64,000 nt of DNA from Chiloscyllium plagiosum. Taxonomy: Eukaryota. This document shows, in pieces, positions 1 through 12,952 of the stretch. Location: the NCBI RefSeq assembly GCF_004010195.1, contig NC_057756.1, forward strand, positions 1,639,703 through 1,703,702. Reading direction: 5' to 3'. The position numbers were made by a program, and so were the translations under genes. The notes under the pieces are model-generated. The model did no database searches, was not told the DNA's origin, and was given only the letters and a program-made list of their open reading frames with translations. Every line of letters starts with the position of its first letter. Within the stretch, counting starts at the first letter, position 1.

Positions 1-170
1 GGTTCTGGTGGGTGCTCGGTGTTGGTTCTGGTGGGGGCTCGGTGATTGTGCTGGTTCTGGTGGGGGCTTGGAGTTAGTTTTGGTTCTGGTGAGGGCTCAG
101 AGTGTGTGTCAGTTCTGATGGGGGCTCGGCATTGGTGTTGGTTCTGGCGAGTGTTGGTTTTGGTGGTATG
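1..170. repeat. Degenerate minisatellite (unit ~24-40 bp, core ggttctggtgggggctcgg) in the 3' flank of the ZNF gene
   Basis: Recurrent ggttctggtg(g/a)gggctc motifs from position 1 to about 150. Confidence 0.8.
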
Positions 171-173
171 TTC

Positions 174-887
174 TCATGGCAGAGTGTCCTGGTCGGGTGG
201 GCCGAGGGCCCAGCGCCGGCGGTGATGACACGCCCAATGCCGGCGGTGGATGTGCCGGTGCCGGGAGAGATTGGAGGACTGGTTGAAGCCTTTGCCGCAG
301 AGCAGGCACCGAAAGGGCCTCTCGCCAGTGTGGACACGCTGGTGCTGCTCCAGGCTGGACATCCGGTTGAAGTCCTTGCCGCAGAGCGGGCACCGGAAGG
401 GCCGCTCCCCGGTGTGGATGCGCCTGTGCCGTGCCAGGTTGGATGACTGGGTGAAGGACTTGCCACACTCGCCACACCGGTGCCAGCGCTCCCCGGTGTG
501 CACCAGCCGGTGCCGCCGGAGGTCGGACGCCTGGCGGAAACATTTGCCACAGCATGGGCAGCCATGCGCTGGCTGGAGGGCGTGTGTGCGGCAGTGCCGG
601 GCTAAGTTGGATGAGCGGCTGAAACCCTTGCCACAGGTGGTACAGCAGTGGCTGGCGTGGACCCTCTGGTGCAAGGAGAATGGCGACGCCCCGGTCACAC
701 CGCGCCCACACACCGAGCAGATGTACACCTCCTCCTCTTCCCCGGTTCCAGCAACCAGCAACTCCCCAGGCTGCTCAGGGACTGCCTCAGCCATGTCCGG
801 TGCCTCCTGCTGGCCAGGAGCAGCAGAAACCCCCATCGCCGCTGCAGTCAGCTCCTGTCGAACTGGCTCCCGGACACAGGTAAGCAT
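174..887 (-). CDS. C2H2 (Kruppel-type) zinc-finger protein, 237 aa, six fingers, single coding exon
   Basis: Six CxxC-x12-HxxxH units (e.g. [42 protein letters not shown]), TGERPF/TGERW linkers, intact GC-rich frame. A polypyrimidine tract and AG acceptor lie upstream (exon would start at 940). Confidence 0.92.
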   Translation of the reverse strand: MLTCVREPVRQELTAAAMGVSAAPGQQEAPDMAEAVPEQPGELLVAGTGEEEEVYICSVCGRGVTGASPFSLHQRVHASHCCTTCGKGFSRSSNLARHCRTHALQPAHGCPCCGKCFRQASDLRRHRLVHTGERWHRCGECGKSFTQSSNLARHRRIHTGERPFRCPLCGKDFNRMSSLEQHQRVHTGERPFRCLLCGKGFNQSSNLSRHRHIHRRHWACHHRRRWALGPPDQDTLP

Positions 888-947
888 CCTCTTACTGTCC
901 CAGCCTCACCGGGGCCACAGCTTTCTCTTCATCATCTCTACTGCGGG

Positions 948-1412
948 ACAGAGAGAAGGAGAGGTGTCAGAGAGAGAGAAAAGCACGTAGAGAGAAAAAC
1001 AGAGAGAGAGAACGAGAGATGTCAGGGAGACAGAGAGAGTGAGAGAGTGAGGAAAACAGAGAGGGAGGAGATGTCGGACAGAAACAGAGAGAAAGAGAGA
1101 GAGAGAGAGTGTGTGACAGAAAGAGAGAGGGAGACTGACAGAGCCAGAGGGAGAGAGAAAGACACAGGCAGAGAGAAAGAGAAAAGGACATCAGAGATAA
1201 AGTGAGAAAGAGAAAGAGAAAAGGAGGGGCAAAGAGACTAGGAGTTATGTCAGAATGAGAGAGCATAAAGGAGAGACATCAGAGAGAGAGATAGAGAAGG
1301 GAAATGAGAGATATGAGAGACAGAGAAAGAGAACGGGGAAAGGAGATACCTAGATAGAGACAGAGGAGAAAGGAGAAAGATGAGACAGGTGGGAGAAAGG
1401 AGAAAGATAGAG
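948..1412. repeat. (GA)-rich low-complexity tract in the putative ZNF intron
   Basis: Continuous gaga/gaca runs. Confidence 0.9.
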
Positions 1413-1605
1413 AGAACTGGCAGCCTCTCACACCAGTTCATGCGACAGTCTCCCGCTCTCTCTCTCTCTCCGCGATCCATTTCCCACCATCTCCCCTGAA
1501 CGGTGCCCCCTCTCCCCCATTCTCAGGTTTTTTCCTCTGCCCCTCCTTTCACAAGTTGGATTTTCTCCCATCTCTCTCATCTGGCTGAATAAATTCTTCG
1601 ATTGG

Positions 1606-2560
1606 TTTCACATGTTGGCGCAACATCGAGGGCTGAAGGGCCTGTACTGCGCTCTAACATTATACGTTCAATGCAGTTCGAAACAGTCTTCCCTTCACTC
1701 TGAGGCTGTGCCCTCAGGTTCGAGTCTCGAACGGTCACAGAGATGTACAGCATGGAAACAGACCCTTCGGTCCAACTCATTCATGCTGACCAGATACTCT
1801 AAGTTACCACTTGGCCCATGTCTCTCTAAACCCTTCCTCTCCATGTCCCCCATCCAGATGCCTTTTAAATGTTGTAATTGTACCAGCCTCCACCACTTCC
1901 TCTGGCAGCTCGTTTCACACACACACCACCCTTTGCATGAAACATTTGCTCCTCAGGTCCCCCTTAAATCCTTCCCCTTACACCTTAAATCTATAACCCC
2001 TAGGTTTGGACACTCCTGCCCGGAGGAAAAGACCTTGGCTACTCATCCTATCCATGCCCCTCAGGATTTTATAAACCTCTATAAGGTCACCCCTCAATCT
2101 TCAATGCTCCAATGAAAATAGCCCCAGCCTATTCAACCTCTGCCTGTAGCTCAAACCCTTCTGCTACTAATCTTCTTGTCCACTCTATCCAGGCCTTTTG
2201 GTATTTTGTAAGTTGCAATCAGATTCCTCCTAATCCTTCTAAACTCCAATAAGTTCAGACTCAGAGTCCTCAACCTCTCCTCACACGACAAGCTCTTCAT
2301 CCCCAGGATCATTCTTGTATCCAAGGGTCCCCTCCAAAGCCAGCACATCCTTCTTTACGTATGGGTCCAAAACAGCTCATAATACGCTAAATGCAATTTG
2401 ACCAGACTCTTAGCAGTACATTTCTGCTCTTGTATTTTATCCCAACCACCAACTGAGCCTGCCTGTTAGCCTTCAAGATTGTTTTGAAAAAGGACTCCCA
2501 AGTCCATTTTGTGCTCCAGGTTTCAGAAGCCTTTCATCACGTAGGAAATAGTCTAAGTTC
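1606..2560. mobile_element. Cluster of CR1 LINE 3' fragments, mostly minus strand
   Basis: Minus-strand translation resembling the CR1 ORF2 C-terminus (LSCEERLRTL..LEFRRIRRNLIATYKI.KGLDRVD) and CR1 3'UTR sequence shared with other copies in the window. Confidence 0.8.
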
Positions 2561-2949
2561 TACTCCTTCGCCCCCCCCCAGTAGACCTCTCGGTCAAAAT
2601 GCAGAGCCTGATCCCACATTTCCATGTTAAAATTGTAAATGCCATTCATCTGCTCAGTGTGTCAGCCTGGCAATGCCCTTGTTACGGCCATGTCGCTATC
2701 TGCCACCCTGTCAGCTGGTACTAATGCCCACTCTCTTCAATATCACTTTGAGGGGGCACACCTATATCATTCCTAACCATGCAAAGAACTTGCCCTTCCC
2801 ACACCCTTTCCAACCTTCAACAAAGGAATGGAAAAAATGGGGAGAGGAAAGTTTAAGCATTTTGCAAAACAAAAAGACCCATCTTCCCCCAAACCAATCT
2901 CCCCCTCCCCACCCCTACAGACCTGGGCTGAGTTTATTATTGTCTGCTT

Positions 2950-3270
2950 TCTTATGCAAATAAAAAAAAGGTTATTTTCCTGCGGAATTACAACAAACGT
3001 CGACCCTTCCAGGCGGGGAAGTCTGCATTAGTGCCTATGCATGCTTCTCCTTACCCGGGGGAAGCAGTCTGGGATTGCACCCCCTCCTCCACAAATCCCA
3101 GTCTCTCTTTCCCAGCTCCTGTGACAATGGCCGCCCGGCCGGCGCTGCGCATGCGCCTCGCAAGCCTCGCCCGCCCCCATGGCCGAGATAGACCGCTTTT
3201 CCGAGCGCGGGGCGCTTTGGGTAATAAGGCAGCCATTACTCCATTGTGCCTGATTCCCCTTTGAACTTCA
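2950..3270 (-). promoter_or_regulatory. CpG-rich promoter and putative non-coding first exon of the ZNF gene
   Basis: Local CpG cluster; NRF1 palindrome TGCGCATGCGC at 3146-3156; GC/ETS-like aggcggggaagt near 3011; octamer atgcaaat near 2954; minus-strand donor CGG|GTAAGG (exon ends 3055). Confidence 0.65.
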
Positions 3271-5493
3271 CTCATAATATGTGTCCTCCGAGCTTTCAAC
3301 CCCCCACCATTTCTTCTCTGATCAGAAGATAGCTAGGGAGGGAATCATCCATCCAAAGAGACCCTTTGGCCCATCAGATCTGTACCACCATAGTTATACC
3401 ACCCCTCAAGAAGGGTCACTGGATGTGAAACTTTAACTTTCTTTGCACAGCTGCTGTCAGACCTGCTGAGTTCTCCAGAAATTTCTGTTTTTATTTGTAA
3501 ATCTACACTAATACCACTTGCCTACCTGGACCCCATAGCCTTGAATGCTATGATAATTCAAAATGCTCATTCAAGTATTCTTGTAAGTAAGTGATTGTAA
3601 GTGTGAAAATAATTCAAAGTGGAGTGGATGAGGCCAAAACTGCGTTTTTTCATCTCCTCCTCATATCTCAGGGGTAACATCAATTGGCGAAAACTGCTCT
3701 GTGTCTCCAAAGACATTGTTTGGAGGTCAAAACAACCGCACAACCTGGGAGAATCAACTACACATTGATTAGCCGAATCGGGTCGGTCAGGGTAGCCTCG
3801 AGAAGGAGTTTATTGAATCCACAATAGTTTTCTTGAACAGTATGTAATGGAACTGACAAGTGAGCAAGCTGTCCTAGATCTGGTCCTTTGTAATGAGACA
3901 GGAATAATTAATGATTTCGTACTGAGGGATCCTCTTGGAAGGGTTGATCACAGTCTGGTTGAATTTAGAATACAGATGGAAAGCGAGAAAATAAAATCCA
4001 ATACCAGGGCCGTGTGCTTAAACAAAGGAGACTACAATAGGATGAAGGAGGAGTTGGCTAAAGTAGATGGGAAGCAAAGACATTATTGTGGGGCAATTGG
4101 CAAACAGTAGAGGATTTTCAAAGCAATGTTTCAAAGTGCTCAGCAAAAGTATAAATGAATGAAAAGAAAGACTGTAAGAAAAGAAGTAATCTACCATGGG
4201 CATCTAAGAAAATAAAGGAGGCTTATCAAATTGAAAAAGAAGGCATACAACGTGTCCGAGATCAGCAGGAAACTAGAAGTAGGGATAGCTTTAAAGGTCA
4301 ACAGAAAGTCATGAAAAAAGCTGTAAAGAAAAGTAAGATAGGTTATGAGAATAAACTATGTCAGAATATAAAGATAGATAACAAATATTTCTATAAATAT
4401 ATATAATGAAAAAGAGTGGATAAAGTAAACATTGGTCCTTTAGAGGATGAGAAGGGGCATTTAGTCACAGGATATGAGGAAATCGCTGAGGCATTAAATA
4501 GGTATTCTGTGTTAGTCTTCACAGTGAATGACATGAGTAACATGCCAGTGATTGACAAAGAGACGAGGGTAGGAGAGGATTTGGAAACAATTATTATCAC
4601 AAAAGAGATGATGTTAGGCAAGTTAATGGAGCTAAGGGTAGACAAATCTCCCGGCCCTTATGGAATGCATTCCAGGGTGCCAAAAGAGGTAGCAGGAGAA
4701 ATAGCAAATGCACTTGTGGTAAGTTTGCAAAATTCACTGGACTCTGGGGCAGTTCCTGCAGATTAGAAAACAGCAAATGTGATGCCACTGTTTAAAGAAA
4801 GGAGGTAGACAAAAGATGAGGAATTATAGACCAGTTAGCTTAACCTCTGTAGTGGGGAAGATGCTTGAGGCTATTATCAAGGTAGAAATAGCAAGGCAGC
4901 TAGATAGAAATAGTCCCATTGGCAGGTGAGACATAGGTTTATGAAGGGCAGGTCATGCTTAACTAATCTACTGGAATTCTATCAAGACTTTATGAGCATG
5001 GTGGATAATGGGGACCAAGTAGATGTAGTGCATCTAGATTTTCACAGGCATTCAAAAGGCTGCTGCATAAAATAAAGATGCAAGGTGTTAAGGCAATGTA
5101 TTAGCATGGATAGAGGATTGGTTAACTAACACGGAGCAAAGATTGGGGATAAATGAGTGTTTTTCTGGTTGGCAATCAGTGACTAGTGTACCTCAGAGAT
5201 CAGTACTGGTACTGCAATTATTCACAATTTACACAGATTTAGAGTTGGGGACCACATGTAGTGTGTCAAAATTTGTGGATGATACTAAGATGAGTAATAG
5301 AGCAAAGTGTGCAGAGGACTGTGAAACTTTGCAAAAGGCCATAGATAGTTTAAGTGTGTGGCAGATGGAGTACAATGTTAATAAATGTGAAGTCACCCAT
5401 TTTGGTAGGAATAGTAAAATATAAATTAACTGCAAAAAATGGTAAGAAATTGAAGCATGCTGTTGTGTGGAGGGATCTGAATGTCCTTCTGCA

Positions 5494-6195
5494 TAGAACA
5501 TAGAACATAGAACAATACAGCACAGAACAGGCACTTCGGCCCACGATGTTGTGCCGAACATTTGTCCGAGCTTAAGCACCCATCCATGTACCTATCCAAT
5601 TGCCGCTTAAAGGTCACCAATGATTCTGACTCTACCACTCCCACAGGCAGCGCATTCCATGCCCCCACCATTCTCTGGGTAAAGAACCTACCCCTGACAT
5701 CTCCCCTATACCTTCCACCCTTCACCTTAAATTACCAGAACTGCACACAGTACTTCAAATGTGGCCTAACCAAAGTCCTGTACAACACTAACATAATTTC
5801 ACGACTCTTGAATTCAATCCCTCTGCTAATGAACGCTAATACACCATAGGCCTTCTTACATGCTCTATCCACCTGAGTGGCAACTTTCAAAGATCTATGA
5901 ACATAGATCCCAAGATCCCTCTGCTCCTCCACCTTACTAAGAACTCTACCGTTAACCCTGTATTCCGCATTCTTATTTGTCCTTCCAAAATGGACAACCT
6001 CACACTTGACAGGGTTGAACTCCATCTGCCACTCCTCAGCCCAGCTCTGCATCATGTCTAAGTCTCTTTGCAGCCAACAACAGCCCTCCTCACTATTCAC
6101 AACTCCACCAATCTTCGTATCATCTGCAAATTTACTGACCCACCCTTCGACTCCCTCTTCCAAGTCATTAATAAAAATTACAAACAGCAGAGGAC
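5494..6195 (-). mobile_element. Younger CR1 3' fragment inserted antisense, with an internal deletion near 5731
   Basis: ORF 5732-6199 GPLLFVIFINDL...SKFADDTK...RPHLKYCVQFW; (tagaaca)n tail at ~5494-5513. Confidence 0.9.
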
Positions 6196-6651
6196 CCATG
6201 AATCACAGGAGCTTGGTCTGCAGATGCAGCAGGAAGTTTGTCCATCATTGCTAAATGGATTAAGTTTAAAAGCAGAGAGGTTATGTTGCAGCAGTATCGG
6301 ATGTTGGTGAGGCCACACCTGGAGTACTTTGTGCAGTTTTGGTCTCCTTACTTGAGAAAGGATGTATTGGCACAAGGGTGAGAGGGTGCAGAGGAGGTTC
6401 ACTAGGTTGATTCTGGAGTTTAGGGGATTGGGTTATGAGGGGAGACTGATTAGACTGGGATTATACTAATTGGAATTTAGAAGAAAGAGGGGCGATCTTA
6501 TAGAAACGTATTAAATTAGGAAGTGAATAGATAAAATAGAAATAGAGAGGACGTTTCCAGGGGCAGGTGAAACTAGGACAAGAGGGCATAGTCTCAAAAT
6601 TAGGGGGAGTAGATTTAAGACCGAACTGAGGAGGAATCTTTCACTCAGGGT

Positions 6652-7195
6652 TGTACAAAGCTCTGGTACAGCCACACTTGGAGTATTGTGTACAGTTCTG
6701 GTCACCGCATTATAAGAAGGATGTGGAAGCTTTGGAAAGGGTGCAGAGGAGATTTACTAGGATGTTGCCTGGTATGGAAGGAATGTCTTACGAGGAAAGG
6801 CTGAGGAACTTGAGGCTGTTCTCATTAGAGAGAAGAAGGTTGACAGGTGACTTAATAGAGACATACAAGATAATCAGAGGTGGACAGGGAGAGCCTTTTT
6901 CCAAGTATGGGGATGGCAAACATGAGGGGACATAACTTTAAAGTGAGGGAAGATAGGTATAAGACAGGTGTCAGAGGTAGTTTCTTTACTTAGAGAGTAG
7001 TAAGGGTATGGAATGCTTTGCCTGCAACGGTAGTAGATTCGCCAGGTTTAAGTGCATTTAAGTGGTCATTGGACAGGCATATGGACGTACGTGGAATAGT
7101 GTAGGTGGGATGGGCTTCAGATTAGTATGACAGGGCGGCGCAACATCGAGGGCCGAAGGGCCTGTACTGCGCTGTAATGTTCGATGTTCTATGTA
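6652..7195 (+). mobile_element. Younger CR1 3' fragment
   Basis: [18 protein letters not shown]...[11 protein letters not shown]; close match to 28903-29457; tgta at both junctions (possible TSD or microhomology). Confidence 0.9.
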
Positions 7196-7457
7196 AATCT
7201 ATGGAATTCCCTGCCCTGTGAAGTAGTTAAGGCTCCCTCAGTAAATGCTTTCAAAGCCAAGGTAGATAATGTTTTGAACAGTAAAGGAATTAAGTGGAGC
7301 TGAGGCTGTGAAAGGGTCAGCCATGGTCTTATTGAATGGGGGAGCAGGCTACATATACTCCTGTGCAGAGGGATCTGGGTGGCCCCTATTTCTTATGTTC
7401 TCACGTCTATTCTTACTCTTAAAATAAAATCTGTCCCCGGGGGTAGTGATGTGGGGA

Positions 7458-7474
7458 GGCCACCAGAGGGTGGC
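7458..7474 (+). promoter_or_regulatory. Candidate CTCF-like site
   Basis: ggccaccagagggtggc resembles the CCASYAGRKGGC core; motif match only. Confidence 0.3.
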
Positions 7475-7639
7475 ATTGTATCACGTAAAACATATGGAGT
7501 GAGCAAGCGCGCATGAGAGAGAGAGAGAGAGAGAGACTTCTTAATTCATTCCTTCAATCAAACTTCCCTTCAGTGAGTCCTGTCAGCCAGAGGTAGACAG
7601 ACAGACATAAACACACATATGGGAACACACATCAACATG

Positions 7640-7928
7640 ACTGACCTTGGCTATTCACCCCATCCAGGCCCTTTGTGTTTTTATAAACTTCTATAATGTC
7701 ACTCCATAGCCCCTGAAGCTCCAGGGAAAACAGCCCCAGCCTGTTCAGCCTCTCTCTGTAGTTCAAACCCTCCAACCCTGGCAACATCTCTGTATATCTT
7801 TTCTGAACCCTTTCAAGTTTTACAAGATTCATCCTATAACAGACAGACCAGAATCACACGTGGTATTTCAAAAGTGACCTAACCAATATCCTGTACAGCT
7901 GTAATGTGACCTTCCAACTCCTGTACGT
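7640..7928 (-). mobile_element. CR1 3' fragment
   Basis: KLERVQKRYTEMLPGLEGLNYRERLNRLGLFSLE. Confidence 0.85.
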
Positions 7929-7929
7929 A

Positions 7930-7945
7930 CTGACACACACACACT

Positions 7946-7981
<36 letters not shown>

Positions 7982-8581
7982 GACTCACATACACACAGAC
8001 ACACACACACAGACTCTCTGTGCAGTAACTGACACTACCCTGAGTTTAACCGTCTTTAACACAGTTTGTGACAACCAGCTAATTTCCAGCTTTTACGGAC
8101 ATAATCTCGATAAGAAAGTGGGACAGGATGTGTTGTCCCCCTCTGAATTGTCAGGAAGGAGGTGAATGTGTTTAATAAGTTCATTATCATTTGCACAATA
8201 AGTAAACATCCACTCGTATACCAGATCCACGTAATCAAATGATATCCATCTGTGAAATGGATTGATGTTCATTCTCAGAAATTCATTAAAAGTAACATTT
8301 GCTGACCTAGCTGGTTAATTTCAGTCCCACTCACACTTTGTGTTGGTCTGTGTGAAAATACTGTGTTCTCCTGTGGGATAAATCTGAGTTCCTTACCTAC
8401 AGAATCCTTTGTTCCCTTTTCTGAGTAAAAATGTGTTGTAGCTGGTTTGAAACTGCAGCTTTGTCTCTGTGCAAAGTTCAGGTTAGGTTTTTGCACGTGT
8501 GAGAGAGAGAGTAAAAATGTGTATGTGTGTGAGAGAGAGAGTATGTATGTGCATGTGTGACAGTGAGTGTGAAGGTGTATA

Positions 8582-8620
<39 letters not shown>
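7930..8620. repeat. (CA)n (7930-8015) and (GT)/(GA)n (8496-8620) microsatellites flanking ~470 bp of unique sequence
   Basis: Read directly from the sequence. Confidence 0.85.
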
Positions 8621-9467
8621 TGAAGTATGAGTGAGGGGGAGGGATGGGGACCATCTGGGCTGAACTATTGAGTTATTGCTTTCTCTCATAATTCCTCCCT
8701 CCCCCTGATCATCGTCCGTTCCCTCTTGGTCTGCTGCTTACTGGTTGGGAGGTGTGTTCCTGGTAGAAAGAGCTGGGATCTGACTGGATGAGCTGGGGTT
8801 TACTGGGAAGAGAGAAGGGTTTGAGTGACAGACCTGGGGGCAGCCATACATCCTTTTGCCATGTGGCCAGAAGCGGGAGGTCAGTGTCAGAGGGTTTCTG
8901 TCTGTGTGTTTGAGTGAGTGAGCGAGAAACATTTTGACTATAACCTGGTGTTGTGTGATTTTCAACTTGGTCCACCCCAATCCAACACTGGCACCTTCAA
9001 ATCGAGAAAGAGAGTGTATGGGTACTGCTGGAATATCAATGCCAGGTTTGATTCTTTACACACCCCTGCCCCCCACCCCCACCCCCACCGTTTCCTGAAG
9101 CAAACCCCAGGGGCAAGGTCTGTCCCTCATGGAAAAGAGGGAGTGTGAGAAACCATTGAGGCAGAGACAGTCCTGGGACCTACAGCAGTGGTGAGTGTCA
9201 CCTCTTCCTGAACTCCTGTCTTTCTCTGACTGACTTCTCTTTATGACTTTCTCTGCTTCTGCCTCTTGCACCCTCTCTCTCTCTCTCTCTGTGTCACATT
9301 CTCTCTCTCTCTCTCTGTCACATTCTCTCTCTCTCTCTGTGTCTTGTCTCTATTTTGCTATCTCGCTCTTTGTCTCTTTTTCTTTCTTTCTCTCACTTGT
9401 GGTTCTGTCTCTCACAAAGCCAACTCTTGTATTGCTTTATTTCATTGTCCCATTCTCTTTGTCCCCT

Positions 9468-9712
9468 NNNNNNNNNNNNNNNNNNNNNNNNNNNNNNNNN
9501 NNNNNNNNNNNNNNNNNNNNNNNNNNNNNNNNNNNNNNNNNNNNNNNNNNNNNNNNNNNNNNNNNNNNNNNNNNNNNNNNNNNNNNNNNNNNNNNNNNNN
9601 NNNNNNNNNNNNNNNNNNNNNNNNNNNNNNNNNNNNNNNNNNNNNNNNNNNNNNNNNNNNNNNNNNNNNNNNNNNNNNNNNNNNNNNNNNNNNNNNNNNN
9701 NNNNNNNNNNNN
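9468..9712. other. Assembly gap (245 N)
   Basis: Run of N. Confidence 1.
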
Positions 9713-10024
9713 CCCCCCTCCATTTTCTGCCCCCCCCCCAAACACCCCGATGTTCCCTAAACATGTTTCACTGCCTCATAGTTTTGCTCCTCTCTTTACC
9801 CATCCCCAAGGTGTGTCACTCAGTTTTGCCCTCTCCCCACAGTTTTCTACCCAATCCCCAAACCTTGGACCCCTCCAAATAACGTTGCTCCTCCTCAGGT
9901 AATTGCACTCCCCTGCACAAATATTTTGCCAGCCACCTGGCAAATACTATCCCCTCAAATATGCATTTCCCCCATTTCAGTTCTCCCCCAAATATTGCCC
10001 CCAAAGTTTGTCCTCCATCACAGT

Positions 10025-10693
10025 TGTGGGATATAGGTAAAGTAGTGTTACTTCTGCAATCATAATTACTTGTGCAAGGTAAATGCACTCACACCAGTGT
10101 ATAGTTGTTTCAACCAAGAGCTGAGTCAAAAAGAATGAAAACTATGTGAAGGAAATGTATAATTGTTTTTGTATTAGCTAAAATGTGCATACAAGAATGA
10201 AACGTGCCTGCAAACAATGGTAGATGTTATAGACAAATAGATAAGGTGCTGTGAGGATGTAGGTTAAGCCAGATATGCTGTACAAACAGTAGTTATAAGC
10301 ATCTGTTTCCCACTTCTGCAAAAACACAAAAACAAACCCCAATTAAAAAGTCATAAGGATCAATATGGTTGGGGAAAGGGAGGAAATGTCACAGCTGGGG
10401 GAAATATATAGTAGTGAAGGAGGATATACCTAACAATGGGCCTCAGCAGGATGTGGTGACATAGCCGAGTAAAACTTGTCCTTTGTTATGTACAAGGCCG
10501 GATAAGGCAACAGAGAAACAATAGTAATGGGCACCGGGTTGGGAGTAGTGAATCCTGTATAAGATATGTACTTGCTAAACTCTGCGTGCCCTATTCCAGG
10601 CACCACGCTTGCAAGCGTATAATAAACATACTGATTGCTTCAGATCTTGTCTCGGACTGAAATTATTGAAGTGAGTGAGCTTCGTTTCTCACA
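10025..10693 (+). mobile_element. Solo LTR
   Basis: tgtgggata...tttctcaca termini; AATAAA at ~10621; flanks cagt/caat (TSD with one mismatch); the 3' end (ctcggactgaaattattga...gtttctcaca) is homologous to 18252-18300 on the minus strand. Confidence 0.75.
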
Positions 10694-10995
10694 CAATATT
10701 TCAACTCACCCACTTTGTGTGCCCCCCCCCCAATATTGGCCACTCCCACAAAACTTTGAGATCCCTTCAAATATTCCCCACACTGAGCCATAGTCCACAA
10801 ATATTTTGCCCCCCCCAAAAACTATTTCTGCTTCTCAGTTTCTAATTCCACTCGCCATGGAGCTTTACCTGCCTCATTCTAGTTTTGCAGGGGACAGAGA
10901 GGGGTTAACTGTTGGAAAGGATTGTTCCCATTGACTGCAACCTTGATGCTGTCTGTGGGGGGGGGGGGTGCGGGGGCTTTGAGGAAGTGTGGGGG

Positions 10996-11973
10996 NNNNN
11001 NNNNNNNNNNNNNNNNNNNNNNNNNNNNNNNNNNNNNNNNNNNNNNNNNNNNNNNNNNNNNNNNNNNNNNNNNNNNNNNNNNNNNNNNNNNNNNNNNNNN
11101 NNNNNNNNNNNNNNNNNNNNNNNNNNNNNNNNNNNNNNNNNNNNNNNNNNNNNNNNNNNNNNNNNNNNNNNNNNNNNNNNNNNNNNNNNNNNNNNNNNNN
11201 NNNNNNNNNNNNNNNNNNNNNNNNNNNNNNNNNNNNNNNNNNNNNNNNNNNNNNNNNNNNNNNNNNNNNNNNNNNNNNNNNNNNNNNNNNNNNNNNNNNN
11301 NNNNNNNNNNNNNNNNNNNNNNNNNNNNNNNNNNNNNNNNNNNNNNNNNNNNNNNNNNNNNNNNNNNNNNNNNNNNNNNNNNNNNNNNNNNNNNNNNNNN
11401 NNNNNNNNNNNNNNNNNNNNNNNNNNNNNNNNNNNNNNNNNNNNNNNNNNNNNNNNNNNNNNNNNNNNNNNNNNNNNNNNNNNNNNNNNNNNNNNNNNNN
11501 NNNNNNNNNNNNNNNNNNNNNNNNNNNNNNNNNNNNNNNNNNNNNNNNNNNNNNNNNNNNNNNNNNNNNNNNNNNNNNNNNNNNNNNNNNNNNNNNNNNN
11601 NNNNNNNNNNNNNNNNNNNNNNNNNNNNNNNNNNNNNNNNNNNNNNNNNNNNNNNNNNNNNNNNNNNNNNNNNNNNNNNNNNNNNNNNNNNNNNNNNNNN
11701 NNNNNNNNNNNNNNNNNNNNNNNNNNNNNNNNNNNNNNNNNNNNNNNNNNNNNNNNNNNNNNNNNNNNNNNNNNNNNNNNNNNNNNNNNNNNNNNNNNNN
11801 NNNNNNNNNNNNNNNNNNNNNNNNNNNNNNNNNNNNNNNNNNNNNNNNNNNNNNNNNNNNNNNNNNNNNNNNNNNNNNNNNNNNNNNNNNNNNNNNNNNN
11901 NNNNNNNNNNNNNNNNNNNNNNNNNNNNNNNNNNNNNNNNNNNNNNNNNNNNNNNNNNNNNNNNNNNNNNNNN
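10996..11973. other. Assembly gap (978 N)
   Basis: Run of N. Confidence 1.
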
Positions 11974-12952
11974 GAGGATCAGGGCTGCTGCTGATTCCTC
12001 CCCACTCCCCCCCACCCCCCCACCCCCACCCTCCAACCTGCCGTGCTCACACACAATCCCCTGAGAAGGGGCTAAAGTTGGAATGAAGGAACAACCGCAC
12101 AGCAAGATCCCACATGCAGTCTCGCTGCATTCCAACAGAATCACATCACACACACGCAGTTACAAACCAGGGGCTGCAAAGACTGAGACACTGTCACCCC
12201 TCCCCTCCACCCCACTCATTGTCCCTGTCTCTTTCTCTCTGTCCCGGATTCTCATCTTCACTCGTGCTGCAAACTATTTCTCCTGCACTTTCAATGTTCA
12301 GTGACTAGAGACCTCCACACCTCCAGCCCCTTGTATCTATTCCCTGACCCTATATCCCCACTTGCACACTCCCCACAGCCCTTCGATCTCACGTCCATCC
12401 CTGCCTTCCCATGTTCTCTCCCTCTCTCCTTCCATCTCTCTGTCCCCACACTCTCTCCCAGACTTAACCTCTGTCACTTTGCAAAGCTGACCGGTCGCAT
12501 TGCAGCATTGACCATTTTAAAATGATTGGACAGTCCAGAGAGATTGCCGGGGGGAAGGAGCAAGACCCAGACTGAGGAATGGTGAATGGAGGGAGGGAAA
12601 GATGGGGGGAGAGAGTGAGAGTGAGAGAGACACACACACAGAGGAAGGTGCAGAGGGAAGCAGATGCACAGAATGAGAGAGAAAATAAACAAGAAAAATG
12701 TAAAATTAGAGCCTCTGCAAAAGATATTTTGAGACAGAACCACTTCAAGTCATAGAGATGTACAGCACAGAAACACACCCTTCAGTCCAACTTGTCCATG
12801 CTGACCAAATATCCTATGTTGCAGTGTAGGCCGCACTGCAGGTAATGAAACACGCAAGATCCTACAAGCAGCAGAGTGACTACAGACAGATTGTGTGTCT
12901 CCCTGATGCTGGTTAATGATTTAATCCTGGCCCCTGATAAACAAAAAGGGTT

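Larger units (their letters stand above)
3790..7400 (+). mobile_element. Decayed 5'-truncated CR1 LINE (end of endonuclease, RT, 3'UTR) split by two younger CR1 insertions
   Basis: LDLVLCNE, DHSLVEF, DKSPGPYGMH, SKFVDDTK motifs with stops and frameshifts; the sequence resumes at ~6196 and ~7195 after the inserts. Confidence 0.9.

Noticed and set aside
74..990. Overlapping and antisense ORFs (250-990 +, 109-711 -, 74-565 -)
   Set aside because: Shadow frames typical of GC-rich C2H2 repeats; only 174-887 has domain motifs.
648..1480. ER-rich and LS-rich ORFs (also near 13 kb and 17.4 kb)
   Set aside because: Translations of GA/CT microsatellites.
9243..12153. Long ORFs containing X runs (also 26885-27515)
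   Set aside because: Artefacts of reading through N gaps.
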